This document shows positions 1 to 12,575 of a stretch of DNA of 54,533 bases, in pieces. Under the pieces are notes generated by a model, which saw only the letters and a program-made list of their open reading frames with translations, made no database searches and had not been told where the DNA came from. Numbering within the stretch: the first letter of the stretch is position 1; the number at the start of each line of letters is the position of its first letter. This DNA is from Dimorphilus gyrociliatus (lineage: Eukaryota; Animalia; Annelida): assembly GCA_904063045.1 (NCBI GenBank), contig CAJFCJ010000059.1, positions 1 through 54,533 on the forward strand. Reading direction: 5' to 3'. The position numbers and the translations under genes are program-made.

Positions 1-1350
1 CAGTTTTCTTTGATGATCATTAATTCTTATAAAACTTTTTACTACTGAACAATTAATGAATTGATTTTCATTGAGAACTAATTGAAATGGCATAATTTCA
101 ATATTCAAAAATGACCAAAAATTTGTATTTAAAAATTTATTATTAGTAATGTGATAATAATTTGATGACATATTCTGAAATCTTGATGAATGATATATCC
201 TGATTAAATCAAAATTGCCATTTGTAAATGTATTATTTCTGATAGCAAAATATGAATCAACATAATTTTTATCATAAATAATTAGAAATGATTGAAATGT
301 GGTAATTATGTTATTATCTTCAAAAAGTATTCTACTTTCCTTTTGATGGCCTGTAGTAATTGATACAGATTGGACATGATAACCACCTCTATAAATCTTG
401 AATATATTATTTCTTATCTCCATAGAAACTATATCATAAACTTGTAGAGATGATTCAATATTTAAATGAGGTCCATAGTAGTGTACTTTTAGTCTATATT
501 GCTGTGTTATGAAAATATTTAATAATTGCTCAAAAATTATTAAATAAAAAGACATACTGTTAAAAACTTATTATTCACTATTTCAGATTTTGTTGATTTT
601 TTGAAAAAAAAATTGTTTGCAATATTTAAAAACCTATCAGAATTTCCATCAAATGTACAATTTCTTATTGATATTTTAGAGTTTGTTGATCTGAAGTAAT
701 TGTGAAGTATTTCTACTTTAGAATCTTCAAAATAACTTGATTCAATTGCAAAGTTTCTACATTTAATTTGAGAAATGATTAAGGAATCCTTTAATGTCAC
801 ATTATATAACAGTAAACTTTGGATAGAGTTTAATGCTAGACCAGTATTCTTATCAAAAGTAGAATAAAAATTTGAAATAACACTGATTTCTTTGTCTAAA
901 ATTAAGAAGTTTTAAAAATATGCATATATTACGCAATAGCAAAACCTTCTCTTATTGAATCTATCATCAAGTAGGCATACGTTTGTACTATAGTACATTG
1001 AATTGTAATATTTTGACTGCCAGATATAAAGGAAGCATATGTGCGTGTTGTTTCAAAGAAAAGTAATTCGTTGCCATTGTAAATTTTGCATTCACTTTCC
1101 AAGATCAAGCCAAGATTTTTTATAGACAAAACTTCATTTTCTCGAGCCACAAATGTCTTTTAAATTAATAATTTTTATATTATTTTTATTAAAAATGTAT
1201 TATAAAGCTTATTCTTACTATATTTAATTTCTTCATTGTAAGGGAACGAGACTTGATCGGATATGATACGTAAGTATCATCGCAAACAGTACAATTCAAA
1301 TCTTCTATAAATCTATGAGAGAATGTCCATGAATATAGTTTTGATTCTTC
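1..1350 (-). CDS. Multi-exon gene for a parallel (right-handed) beta-helix repeat protein, probably extracellular; 3' part runs off the window
   Basis: Open minus frames at about 1-510, 540-905, 929-1150 and 1189-1350 with recurring I-x-N-N-x-F units (IRNNIF, FEDNNI, IRNNTFTNG, ITNNKFLN, LNENQFINC, IRNCTFDGN). The 1-510 frame is not in the ORF track; I translated it by hand. Confidence 0.55.
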
Positions 1351-1814
1351 AACTCTTATCACAGAAAATTTATTAGGATGGGGGTGCGAACGTACCCATG
1401 GTGGGTTGAAGCCTACCTTAACATATCTGAAATTGAGTGTAATATCTGTGTTTTTTATATTCACTAACCCTAAATTGGAGCCCCTCTAACAATAAATTCA
1501 TCCAAATATTCAAACTAACCCTTTCCTAAAATGTTTTCTTATCAAATGTATAATCATGAAAGGAATGATAATAGAAAAACAAGAAGAAATCATATCAACA
1601 GATGATCTGATATTGAAGTTTTGAGACGAAATGGCACAATTGTTTCAGTGTTCTTAACAAAAAAAAACCAAATTCAATTTTTATAATATCACTCAGGACA
1701 GTTTTAAACAATGAAAGAAATATAGATTAGGTTAGATATAATATTTCTTATAATATAACTGTGCACTTAGATATAGTGATATATGAATACTTAGACTTTA
1801 GATATAAGGCTACA

Positions 1815-1975
1815 TTAGAAAGACTTCTATTTTATAAGAATTAGACTGGTGCAACTATAGAAATACTTCTATTTTGTAGGAATTATGGTGGTGGAACTTT
1901 AGAAAGACTTTTAATTCGTAGAGTTAGCTTTTAGTACTTTAGAAAGAACTCTATTTTGTAAGAAATTGACTATTT
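1815..1975. repeat. Degenerate tandem repeat, about 4 units of about 42 bp
   Basis: Recurring TAGAAAGACTTCTATTTT-like core at roughly 42-nt spacing. Confidence 0.5.
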
Positions 1976-1978
1976 GAC

Positions 1979-2306
1979 TGTAACAGATGGTGGCTACTTG
2001 GCAATTAACAAAGGAACAAAGAACATGGAAAAGATGCAGGTCAAACAACAGATGCTGATGAGGCTGGCCTGCTTGCTGTGACACATGTTTGGCATGTGGC
2101 CCTAATCTTCTGATTATATTTTATATGTGTCATAAAACAAGTCTTTCATATTTTTGTTGAACACACCTGTATAAAAGGAAATGCATTTCCCCAGCTTGTC
2201 AGTTCAGTTCTTTAACCATTAACTGGTTGTTTAAACTTACTTTTTTAGAACTAGAAACTCATTTACTCAATACATATTCTTTGGACAAAATACTGGTGTT
2301 TTGTTG
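1979..2306 (+). mobile_element. Truncated LTR, family B
   Basis: Starts TGTAACA. 2200-2306 matches the reverse complement of about 11193-11310 (TTAGAACTAGAAACTCATTTACTCAAT...AAAATACTGGTGTTTTGTTG). Cut off by a family A LTR. Confidence 0.6.
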
Positions 2307-2314
2307 AATTATTC

Positions 2315-2695
2315 TGTACTGCTCTTGCTGGCAAAATCTATGGGTTTGCAAGTTATAACAATACTGGTTCTACTCAAATCTTTTAAACAAATGTTTAAAA
2401 TTAAAACGGTTTATTCGCAAAAATGATACTTAAGCAAGTAGTAATATGAGAGTTCAATAGCAGAATGGTTTATTCAGAATAATCATATTTAAGAGAGTAG
2501 CAATATGAGAATTCAATAGCAGAGTAGATAGTTTGTAATGGCAGGTTGCAGGTTGCCAAATTACCATGCTGTCTTCCAATGTTGAGGAGCAGATAAGTGG
2601 TTTCAGGGGAGGTTGTTTCCAGGTTATCTTCCCAGGTTCTTGGGTCCAGATGGAAGCTGCATGCAAAATGAAAATAGTGAGGACTTATAAATAGT
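2315..2695 (-). mobile_element. Partial solo LTR, family A (R/U5 side), with a small internal duplication
   Basis: Reverse complement of the 3' part of the LTRs at 17750-18377 and 25187-25741, ending in the same GTACA terminus. Confidence 0.85.
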
Positions 2696-2777
2696 AAAAA
2701 GATTTAGTAATGATTGTTGGCTAATTGATGTAAATGATATCCTCTTACCAGAAAATTTGAGCAACTATCTTGAATAA
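2692..2777 (+). pseudogene. 3' fragment paralogous to the ORF at 41000-41347
   Basis: IVKRFSNDCWLIDVNDILLPENLSNYLE* versus IVKRYNNDCWLIDVNDILFPEKFNNYLE*. Confidence 0.65.
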
Positions 2778-3084
2778 TCTTATTATTTGTAATTAAATGC
2801 TATCTACAATGTAGTTTAAAATACCTGAAAGTAAATCTAACTATTTTCTCAGTTTATTAAAAAATGCAGAATACAAATTTTATTTGAAAATGTGACACAA
2901 AACAAAAAATATGCAATTAAAAAGCAAGCATAACAACTCAATTCAAATAACAACAATACAACAGAGTTCAAAAAACTTAACATCACATAGTAATGTTTTG
3001 TGTTTATTTGTTTTCTTTGATATTTTACAACTGGTGGATTTTATTGGTATTAGACACCAGTTAGATTTTGTTTGCATTAGCCAT

Positions 3085-3755
3085 CTAGTAGACCTGATAG
3101 ACTGTTGATGTTTTTTGTAGGATTGATGATTTTTTGATAAATTTAGTATTGTTTTTGCTGGTTTGTTTTTTGTTTGAAAATTGTTTTTTTGATGTTTCTA
3201 TACTGCTCTTAATATTGGAATATATAAAAGTATACCAGCTATAGCATTTTTTCCAAAAATATAAATAGAAAGGTGGAAGAAGATCTAAAATATTACATAC
3301 AATAGTAACATGATCTTTAAAATTAGTCTGGTAAGTATTCCAACCCATAAGAGGCAATATACAGATAACAAGACTGCACAGCCATATACCCGCAAGTAAG
3401 TCCTTATTGACCATATTTGATGGAAATTTAAAGGATTTACAACTGCAATAAACTTTTCAAATGTAATTAGAGTCAATGTAAAAGATGATACAGCAATAAT
3501 TAATAATACTGGTTGAGTTAAGAAAAGACAACTGTAAAAACTTACTTGTTAATCAGTTAGATAGAAAAAGCATAAAATACTTATTGATTATAAAATATCA
3601 GTAAAAGTTAATGCAGTAACACCAAAATTTTCTAATTTCCAAATATCTCTATTCATTGTACCAATGGCAATTAAATTTCCATTTGAAAAAAGACCAAAAA
3701 TCTGATTACAACTCATGAATATCATTACACATATTTGATAGAAATAATAATCCAT
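3085..3755 (-). pseudogene. Class A (rhodopsin-like) GPCR pseudogene, paralog of 19508-20413
   Basis: MDYYF...KLENFGVTALTFTDIL*, FEKFIAVVNPLNFHQIW and LPLMGWN align to the intact copy. In-frame stops and frameshifts; truncated after TM5. Confidence 0.8.
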
Positions 3756-4074
3756 GTTTAACAGGAAGATAAATAATGCAAAGTTTTTGCTAAGAGTAAA
3801 TTCAAATATTTAAAATGGCTGTTATTATTAAGCTAATTCTGTCTTTTATGTGTGAAGTTATAGTTATTAAATTATTCACTATTTAATATGCACTTGTAGA
3901 ATTTCATAATCCTGTGCTGTTATGAAGAAAGTGTTGCTATACTAGTTTTAGGACTAACAAAAATTTAGTATAGGGTTCAAGGCCATTTTTCAAAGTTTTA
4001 GTATGAAAAATTTATTATATAATATTTTAAAAACAAGATTAAAAGACTTTATAACATTTTAAAAGTTCTAATTT

Positions 4075-4468
4075 GTAACATTCTCCTTAAAGTTTTACCA
4101 AAATATAGAACATCTTGACTGTAACCAACTTCTTCAATCCTAAAAACTTTCACCAATGATAACATCCATCTCTTTTCCTCCTCATTCCTCTGTTTTTTAT
4201 AAAATCTTTTTTAATATTGAAATAAATGAAACAGGAATGTTTGTACAACCTGAAAAAATATTTTTTCAAATGAAATTTCACCTTTTAAGGCAAAATTTGC
4301 TGAATGACAATAAGAAATTGCAACTGCTATATTTTTTGAAATTTTCAAAATATTTCTAATTGTAAAAATTAGATGAGATTTTGTGAGAGTTTCAAGCGTC
4401 TCTAAAGGTGTATAAACACAGAGGAAATTGCTGTTCATCCCACTGATAAAACTGCAATCTTTAAGCAT
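4075..4468 (-). pseudogene. Degenerate protein-kinase-like (tyrosine-kinase-like/pseudokinase) segment just downstream of the LGR-type receptor
   Basis: ILKISKNIAVAISYCHS (alphaE-like), KRWM (subdomain VIII-like) and SQDVLYFGKTLRRML (subdomain IX-like) occur in the right order in one frame. One TAA at 4211-4213; no HRD or DFG. Confidence 0.5.
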
Positions 4469-4784
4469 AAGAAGTAAAATTTTAATACGGTTGCCTTATC
4501 CTTAACTTTGGGATGTTTTTTCACCTAAGCCTACAATTGTAAAGGATAAAAGGCTTGAGGAAATTCCTTAAATCAAGGAAAGACTACTTAAAGTTTTTAT
4601 TTAACATTAGCATTACACCTGACAAATTTACTCTATTCAAACAATTTTATGATACTAAAATAAGATGCATTTTTTTTTAAATAGATCATATGCCTACCAC
4701 TTTCCAACTGTTGCATTACTCTCATTTCCAAAGATTGCTGACTGTGTAAAAAATAGAAAAGAATTTGTCCTTCTGATTAAATAA

Positions 4785-7700
4785 TTAACTGACAATCACT
4801 AACATTTTTCTCTTCTTTTCATCTGACAAATTCTTGCAGTAATCTGCCAAATCATTATAAGTATACAAAAAAGGGTTAACAACTGCATTAAGTGGTAAAA
4901 TTAGTAGAACTAATGTAGTGTATAATTGTTTTGAAATGACTAATTCATAAAATACAGAATAAACTCCTGCAATAGAATAATTTTAAATTGGAGATAAAAC
5001 TGCAAAAGAAGTTGAAACCTAAAACTGCAATAGGAAACCAACACAAAACATTTGTTATTACAATTAAAAAGACTCTTGTTTTTATCTTTGACTGTTGAAT
5101 TTTGAATTTAAATTTTCCAATTAAATATTTTGAATGTAAAGTTTTCTTCCATATCATCAAATAAAGAATACAAATCACCATACATATAATAGTAATGAAG
5201 CAGCTAAACATCAAAAAAGAGTAGAGCCATCCTTCCTTCTTCTTACTGGAAATATGCAGTGTAAAACAAACTGCATTTTCTGAGTAGTAATTCTACAATG
5301 AAACTATTACAGTTTGAGAAAGAGAGAGAGAGAGAGAGACAATTTGTCCTTCTCTTATACTGACATCATATATGAAACATGGCAAAATAGAGAACAGAAG
5401 TGATAAAAATACAATTAAAAAGATATATAATCCTTTGAAAAATGCTTGAAAATGTTTTAACAAAGGATAATTGATTGTTTGAAATCTTTCAATTGTTATA
5501 AACATTACACTCAATGCTGACAATTGAATGGAAAAACTGCACAATATTCCAATAAGGGAACATCTTAAACTATTTCTCCATTTGAAATCCTTTTCTATGT
5601 ACTCTCCTTGAAATTGTAAATCTGCTAATCCAATTGTTATGCAGTATATTGAAGTAATTAAATCTGCAAAGATCAATGTTATATTGAAATAATTCTTTTC
5701 CTCTTTAGAGAAGAAGATTCGAAATGTTAATGATGAGATATTTTCCAAAAATGCCATTATACCAAATGTCCACAAGAGAATTTTTAATATCTTTGAATCT
5801 AATAAATCATCACAAGAATTGAATAATGACTTATCTGGTTGACAATGTTCCAAGTGTCTTGAATACTTTTTGGCAAAGCAACACAACTCAAAATAATTAC
5901 TTTTCAATCTTTCAAGACTTTTTAAATGTTGAACCAAAAATTTTCCCTCTCTCATGTTAATAATTGAACTTTCTAAATTCAAATGCTTCAACTTTATAAG
6001 ATCAATAAATAATCTTTTGTTAATTGTTTTTATATGAGAAAAACTTAAATCAAGACTTTCCAGGATACTTATATTTTGAAAATATTTATTTGAAAAGTTT
6101 GTCAAGTTTGTCATTGAAAGGTCAAGCTTTCTTAAATTTTTAAAAGTACTAAAAGAAAAGTTTAAATTTAAAGCTAATTGATTTTTGCAGAGGATAAGAA
6201 TTTGCAGTTTGTGGAATACATTTTCAGGTAGATTCTTTAATGATATTATTCCATTATTACTCAAGTTAAGAAACATTATGTTGGGAAAATTTTGATATAT
6301 TTTTAAAAAGTTTACATTACTCAATGTAATAGTTAAAATTGAGAGATGGAAATGTTTATCAAAATGTGATTTGAGTGAATTGTTGTAGTTTGAAATGTAC
6401 AAATTTTTCCAGATTATCAATCCAGAGTATTTTAAATCATTGAAAACTGGTTTATTCTTTAAAATACACTTTACTGTAGAAAAATTATCACATTTGCAGC
6501 CTTGAGGACAAAAATTCAAGTTTTTGCAGTTAATTTCGTCACTTCCTTTCAAACAGTCAACAATTCCATTACAGACTTCAGATAGAATAATGTAAAATCT
6601 CTCATCTCTACATTTGAAAAATCCTTTTGGTTTGAAATTTTCTTTTAAAAAAAAAAAATTTCAAAAAAACTTATCCAACTGTAAAATTATTTACAAACCG
6701 CAATTTGATTCGTCATCGTATTCAGTACAGTGGACAATATTGTCGCAAAGATTTTTTATAGATATACAATAGTTTGCATTCCTGCACAAATATTCACCAA
6801 ACTTACATCTTGTTTCATTACAATCTTGCAATGTCATAAATGGATAATGAACTTTGCTTAGCAGAATTCCCATTGAATTGTACTCAACTAAACATTTCTT
6901 TTTAAAATTCTTGATATTTTTTATTATAGATTGACAAACTCTGTGATTATTTTTTGTCGAGTCAGCATGATGATATCTTTTCAAACATGCTTGTAAACTT
7001 TCATCACTAGAATCAAGACAATTCTTTTGAAAATCACAAGTATTTTCAATAGGAATACATTTTTTATTACAAGCATAAAAATCTTCATTGTTGCTGCATT
7101 CTTTGGAATTATTTTTTGTAGTAATTACTCAATTATACTATTAAGCCTACTTGCAACAACAAAAGGGTTAATAATACTCTTCAGAAAAGTTTCAGAACAA
7201 ATTTCATCTGTACCATCAATACAATTTATTTCACTATTGCAAAATTTCCATTTTTCAATGCATTCATTATTTCGACATCTGGAAAAATTAAAATATATTC
7301 AAAAATTATTTCTATTATCGCTCATCTCTTGAAATATAAACCTCTTCCCCTGATTGCATTCTTTCCATTCTTAATCATAAAAAAAGGAAATATTTTTTTT
7401 TTATATTTGAATTTTTAAATATGAAAAGTTTTACTGCAATCTCTCTCATCATCTCCATTAAGACAATCTATGATATGATCACATAGGTGTTTGTAGTTAA
7501 TTTTTTTACCATCTTCGCATTGATACTCTTCAATAATTGGACAATATTTCTCATCCTCACCGGATATACAATCATTATTTCCGTCGCATTGATAAATACC
7601 ATTAATATATACATCATCCTCCAAACAGTGGAATAAATGATGATTGGAATGATTTTTTGATTGATTGTACTCAAGTAAATTTCCTAAATCAAAAGTTTCT

Positions 7701-10325
7701 GTTTCTGTAAAAATTATAGTTTTGAAAAGATTTTCAATAAATTCTTTCTCAAGGTTTTTTCAAAACCTGCTGGAGTAATGCAGTTAATTGCTGTAATTTC
7801 CTTTGTATGACATTCTGCAGGATGGATATTATAGGTTTTACTTTTAACCAAAGACTGGAGGAAATCGTATTGTACAATTTTTGATACAGCTGATGAAAAC
7901 TGGTAGTAGAAACAAGATGATACTTTTGATACTGTTGGCTTTTGAATAAGATGAGATTGAACTTGAGCACACAATTCAAGTTGACTGAGATTTAACCACA
8001 AAAAAAGAGTATGTTTGTATTTACAATACTAATTATCTCTACCTTGGTTGAAATGATGTAAATTCAAAAGGTTTATTATCTAAATGAGCTGTTACAATAT
8101 TATTTCTTCTATCTTTTATCCTCTTCAATTCTTGTCATTTTTTTGAAAAAAAAAATATTGAATTATAAAAAAGAAAAAATCTATCATCCATGTTTTTTTT
8201 TTTTTACTTCCGGCTAATATTAATTTATTTCTAAAAGGTTTCACATTAAACATTGACATCATTCTTAAACTTTCCAAATTGATTAGAAATTGATAATTTT
8301 TGAAGGATAAATGTCCAAGAGTACTATTTCTACTTTTACAATACTCTTCAGTATTATCAATTGATAATTTCCTCTTCATACTTATATAAATGTAACAGAG
8401 ACTTTGATACAAAAATGCCTCTTTATCAATACACCATCTTGTTCTATTCAATTTACATTCAATATTCATATGACCAGAGTTCAGTTTGTCAAACAAATGT
8501 TGATATTTCGGATTGAGTATATTATTTGAAATGTTGCCAATAAGTGAAAAAGAACATTGTACAGAATTTATATACGAAATATCGCTACATTTCATTATTG
8601 CGTAATTGAATGTAAACATATTTATGTTTGTCAAATATTCAAAAATTGTTGCCGATTGAAAACCGAGTGTCTTACATAGGCTGATTAAATGTTTTAAACG
8701 GAAAGTATCAAATACGGGTTGAAACCACAAATTATTGTAAAATATTTGTAAATTTCCACTAAATTCATTAAAATTATGTTTGTCACCAAAATTCAAAATA
8801 TTATCTTTATCTTTATAAATTCTATAATGGAAATCTGTAGAAAAATACTCAATAAATCATTTTTAAAAAATCTATTAAAATATACAGTTACAAACTTTTA
8901 TGGATTTTCTTCTCATACATTACAAACAATAACTTTACATTTGTATATTCTAATTTTAAATTACATGTTTTTAAATTGTATTCAGTTAAATTACAACCAA
9001 TCATTGTTGGAAGTCTCAGATTGTTAACTACTGTAATAGTCCTTGTACAATAATAGTATTTTAGAACCTGTTTTGTTAATAGTATTGATTTAAATGCAAT
9101 AATGGATAGGATAGAATTTAAAACTATTTAAAAAATACATAATTCTTGTATAAGCCTGTTTTGTAAATTGGACTGAGTACTTTGGAACTGGCTTTGGTCA
9201 AAGATAGTGCTATTTTTGTTATTTCTTTTGAATTTATATAAGTAATTGGATTATGTCCCATTGTTTTAGAGTTAATTACATAGAATGATGATTCAGAGAG
9301 GATAATCTCTCCAAAGAGAATTCTATTCAAATGACCAGAATACTTTTCAATAACAAAATCTATGAAGAAAAGAGACAAGTTTTAGGAACTTTTTATTAAA
9401 ATTCTTTGTCAATATAAAGTAAATTTTACCATTCAAATCTGTAAATTTACATACAACTCTTGCTTGTTGAAAGTCCTTGGAATAATTTTGAAATGTTACA
9501 TTTTTATGGTTTAAATTTAAAAAACTAATAGAATGATTATCTAATTCATCTAATTTGAAATCTTTTATAAAAAATTCACTTTTCCTACACAGGGCTTCCT
9601 TTGCCAGTATTTTTTGATAAAAGAACCTAAATGTTCTCTTCCGATATCTCGTGTACAGAATAAAGTTAGTTTCTCTGTCCAGACTGGCAGCAAATAGATC
9701 TGTAAACAAAAAAATTAGTAGGCTTAAGTAAATCAATAATAACTGATTGATTGATACATGGCTGTTTAATTTTAAAACATTTCAAGCAGATTAAACCAGT
9801 TTTTTCATCTATCTCTTTGACTTTATAGCTATTGGGAAAAACAACTTGGACCTTCTAATTTTTTTCTACCAGTTGTCATCAGTATTGTTAAAAATACTTA
9901 CAAATTGAAATTTTTTTTTCTGACTTTAAGAAAGCCAGTTATTTTTTCTAATAAATTTAGAAAGAAATTATTTGTTTTTTAATAAAAACATAAGAAATAA
10001 TGATACCTTTAGAATTTATGCAACCTTGCAATATATAATGTATTGTATCATATCCCATTGATGAACAAATACGTTTAATATATTTTGGAGAAATGTCAAA
10101 TTGAAAGCCAAGCGTTTCTGTTTGATTATTTGAAATGGTTCTAAGCCTTAAATTTCCATAAATAGAATGTTCTTTTTCTTCAATAGGATTGAGAGAAAAT
10201 TTAAAATATTTCTCATTTTTGAGTACAGTAGTGTAAATTATTTCTCTTTTACATCTTAAGGAAATAACAAATAAAAATTTTGGTAAAACAACAAATAGAA
10301 AGAGAAATATGTTTGAAAAAAGCAT
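4785..10325 (-). CDS. Multi-exon GRL101/relaxin-receptor(RXFP)-like GPCR: signal peptide, SRCR-like, C-type-lectin-like, about 6 LDLa, LRRs, 7TM
   Basis: ATG at 10325 with hydrophobic leader. SRCR-like GNLQIFYNNLW...LCKTLGF and CTL-like CYIY...EEYC (8125-8796). LDLa repeats such as CDGNNDCISGEDEKYC and CDNIVHCTEYDDESNC. LRRs and FELCC hinge (5293-6552). TM3 ITIERF, GWLYS, TM6 LIVITNVLCWFPIAVLG, TM7 LPLNAVVNPFLYT. GT-AG introns. Confidence 0.85.
5321..5339. repeat. (GA)n microsatellite in a receptor intron
   Basis: agagagagagagagagag; it explains the SLSLSLS tail of the ORF-track protein. Confidence 0.85.
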
Positions 10326-10705
10326 TCTATTTGTATAGATCAATTTTTGAACATATCTCTATAAAACATTATTTTACAAACATTTTAGATATCCATTAAA
10401 TGCAATTTAATACATTGAAAACAAGATTGAGTTTTTGTCATTTTTGTTATCAATCTACTTGAAATATATAGTAAGTATAAATTTTAAACTAAAGCTAATA
10501 ATCATTTTGAAAAAAGTGTCTTTTAAAGATCTGTTTCTTTCTAAATGCATAAACAAGGGTTTCTTTTTAATTTCAAATAGGATATTTCTTAAAAATCAGT
10601 TTGCATTGAAAGTTCTCTTTCTTCAAATTTCTAACAAGAGCAGTATTAATTCTGATGACTTCATTTGAAAATTACCAATCAATGTTACTCCTCAGTGTAT
10701 ATTGT

Positions 10706-10770
10706 AGGGATCAGGACATTTCGGCCCAGGACAGTTCGACCCACTTTTGGACATTTCGGCCCATTCTAAG
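10706..10770 (+). repeat. Subterminal-repeat-like end of a DNA transposon
   Basis: Three near-copies of GGACA(T/G)TTCG(G/A)CCC in tandem; no partner end found. Confidence 0.4.
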
Positions 10771-11033
10771 GTAATCATACTAAAGGCATTGTCTCACTTG
10801 AAGATAGGTTTTGTACTTATGAATTGATAAATATGACAAATATAATTTTTATTTTGTGAACTATTATGTTTATTTTTTTAATATAAAAAACAATTTACAA
10901 ATAGTAAGGAGTGTTGAGTTTTATAACTAAAATGCAGAACAAGAAATAACAAATTTTACAGATATTTAAATCAACAAGTCTATCCAATAATTCATCCAAA
11001 CTCAATTCTCTTTCTTCAAATTTACTCCACAAC

Positions 11034-11488
11034 TGTACTTTGTTGTATTGTAATTGTAGGAATCTCTAGCTTATCAAATTCGAATTCGTCCTCACCAATC
11101 ATTTACCAATGTACCAAAGTTCTGGTCCAAATAGAACCTTTCAAGTTCGTCCACAAGTTGTCTCAACAAATGAAAATTTACAAGAAATTTACCAACAAAA
11201 CACCAGTATTTTGTTCAAAGAGTATTTATTGAGTAAATGAGTTTCTAGTTCTAAACAAGCAAGTTTTAACACAAAGTTAGCTGTTAGAAAACTGAACTGC
11301 CTACTGATAAATTCATAGGCTTTATATACTTTTCCAAAAGTTGACAGTTCACAGATAAAAATATCTACACAAAACAAATGTATCATTATGGATAAAAGGA
11401 AAGTTCAAATATGGTTCCATATTTGTTAACTTTGCTTTGTTAAGGAAAACTGTTGTCAGTGGGTCAGAAAACTGCATAAGATGTAACA
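11034..11488 (-). mobile_element. Solo LTR, family B
   Basis: On the minus strand: TGTTACA start, TATA-like GTATATAAA, AATAAA, GTACA end. Homologous copies at 1979-2306, 14629-14659 and 47052-47287. No TSD found. Confidence 0.7.
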
Positions 11489-12575
11489 ATTTTTGGTAAA
11501 TGTTGGATTGGTTCCAACACACAAAAATAGACAGAGATCATCATAATGCTGTTTTTAAATACCACAAATTATTAATAATAATTGTTTGTGAAAAGTAAAA
11601 TATTTGAGTATAAGTCATTGGTAGAGTAAGGTTAATTTAATAAAGAATTTAAATCTCCATTTTTTTTTCACTTATATTTAAATCTCTTTTCAAGCTATTC
11701 TGAAATTGAAGATAAAATTACTCAACTATATAATGATAAAGGTATTTCTTTTAAATAAAAATTTTTTACATATTACATTTGTTTTTATTAATATTAAAGG
11801 TGTAAAATTAATTGATAAATTACCACATTTTCTTGGATACTTTAATATTGAAAATGAAATAATAAGGCTAGAAATTGATAAAATGTTTTATTACAAATAT
11901 CAATATGTGAAATGTTTAAGAAGTATGGCAAAAGCAATTAAATTTTGCCATTTGAAAAGCTTTGGTATAAAAGAGACAATAACAAAAGATAATATATGTA
12001 TACAATTTCCTTTTCCTGTTTTAATACAAAACCCCCAAATGTGTACATGCTTGCTTAGTTGAAATAATTAACATTATGAATAATCTAATATCTACCAAAA
12101 AAATCCTTGGACATGGAAATGCATAATAGATTGGGTTTATATGGAAATAAGATGGCTGTGTCTCTTGTTTTTATAGAACAAAAGATCATAAGAAAGAAAA
12201 GATTTGTCATCAATTATTCTAGAACTTCATCCTTCAGTTGTGTGCTAACCCATAAAATACAAAATTTTTTGAATAAATGATTAATTACTTTACACTCGTC
12301 TCTAAATAAATTTAAAAATATGAAAGACCAAGAGGTAGTTGCATTCTTGTATTTCATGGTCTCTGCTACAACAATTCCTCTCAGAATGCAACATCTACTT
12401 TTCTGTGCTTATTTCTACCTACAATTCACACTATCCTTGTCTACAGATGATATTTACACATCTTGTTTAGAAGCTTTACTTAAAACAAAACAAAATTCTG
12501 CAATTAACATTTAAAATACAAACATCTTTTAAAGGAGAAATTGCTGATATTTTATGTGAAAACTACAATAGTATA

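Noticed and set aside
1375-1464. N-terminus of ORF 1189..1464 as real coding sequence
   Set aside because: It contains the GGGTACGTTCGCACCCC transposon-end motif also found at 48128-48145; likely intronic.
2454-2666. Small ORFs at 2454-2666, 16993-17205 and 25400-25603 as a conserved gene family
   Set aside because: They are incidental frames in copies of LTR family A, with frameshifts between copies.
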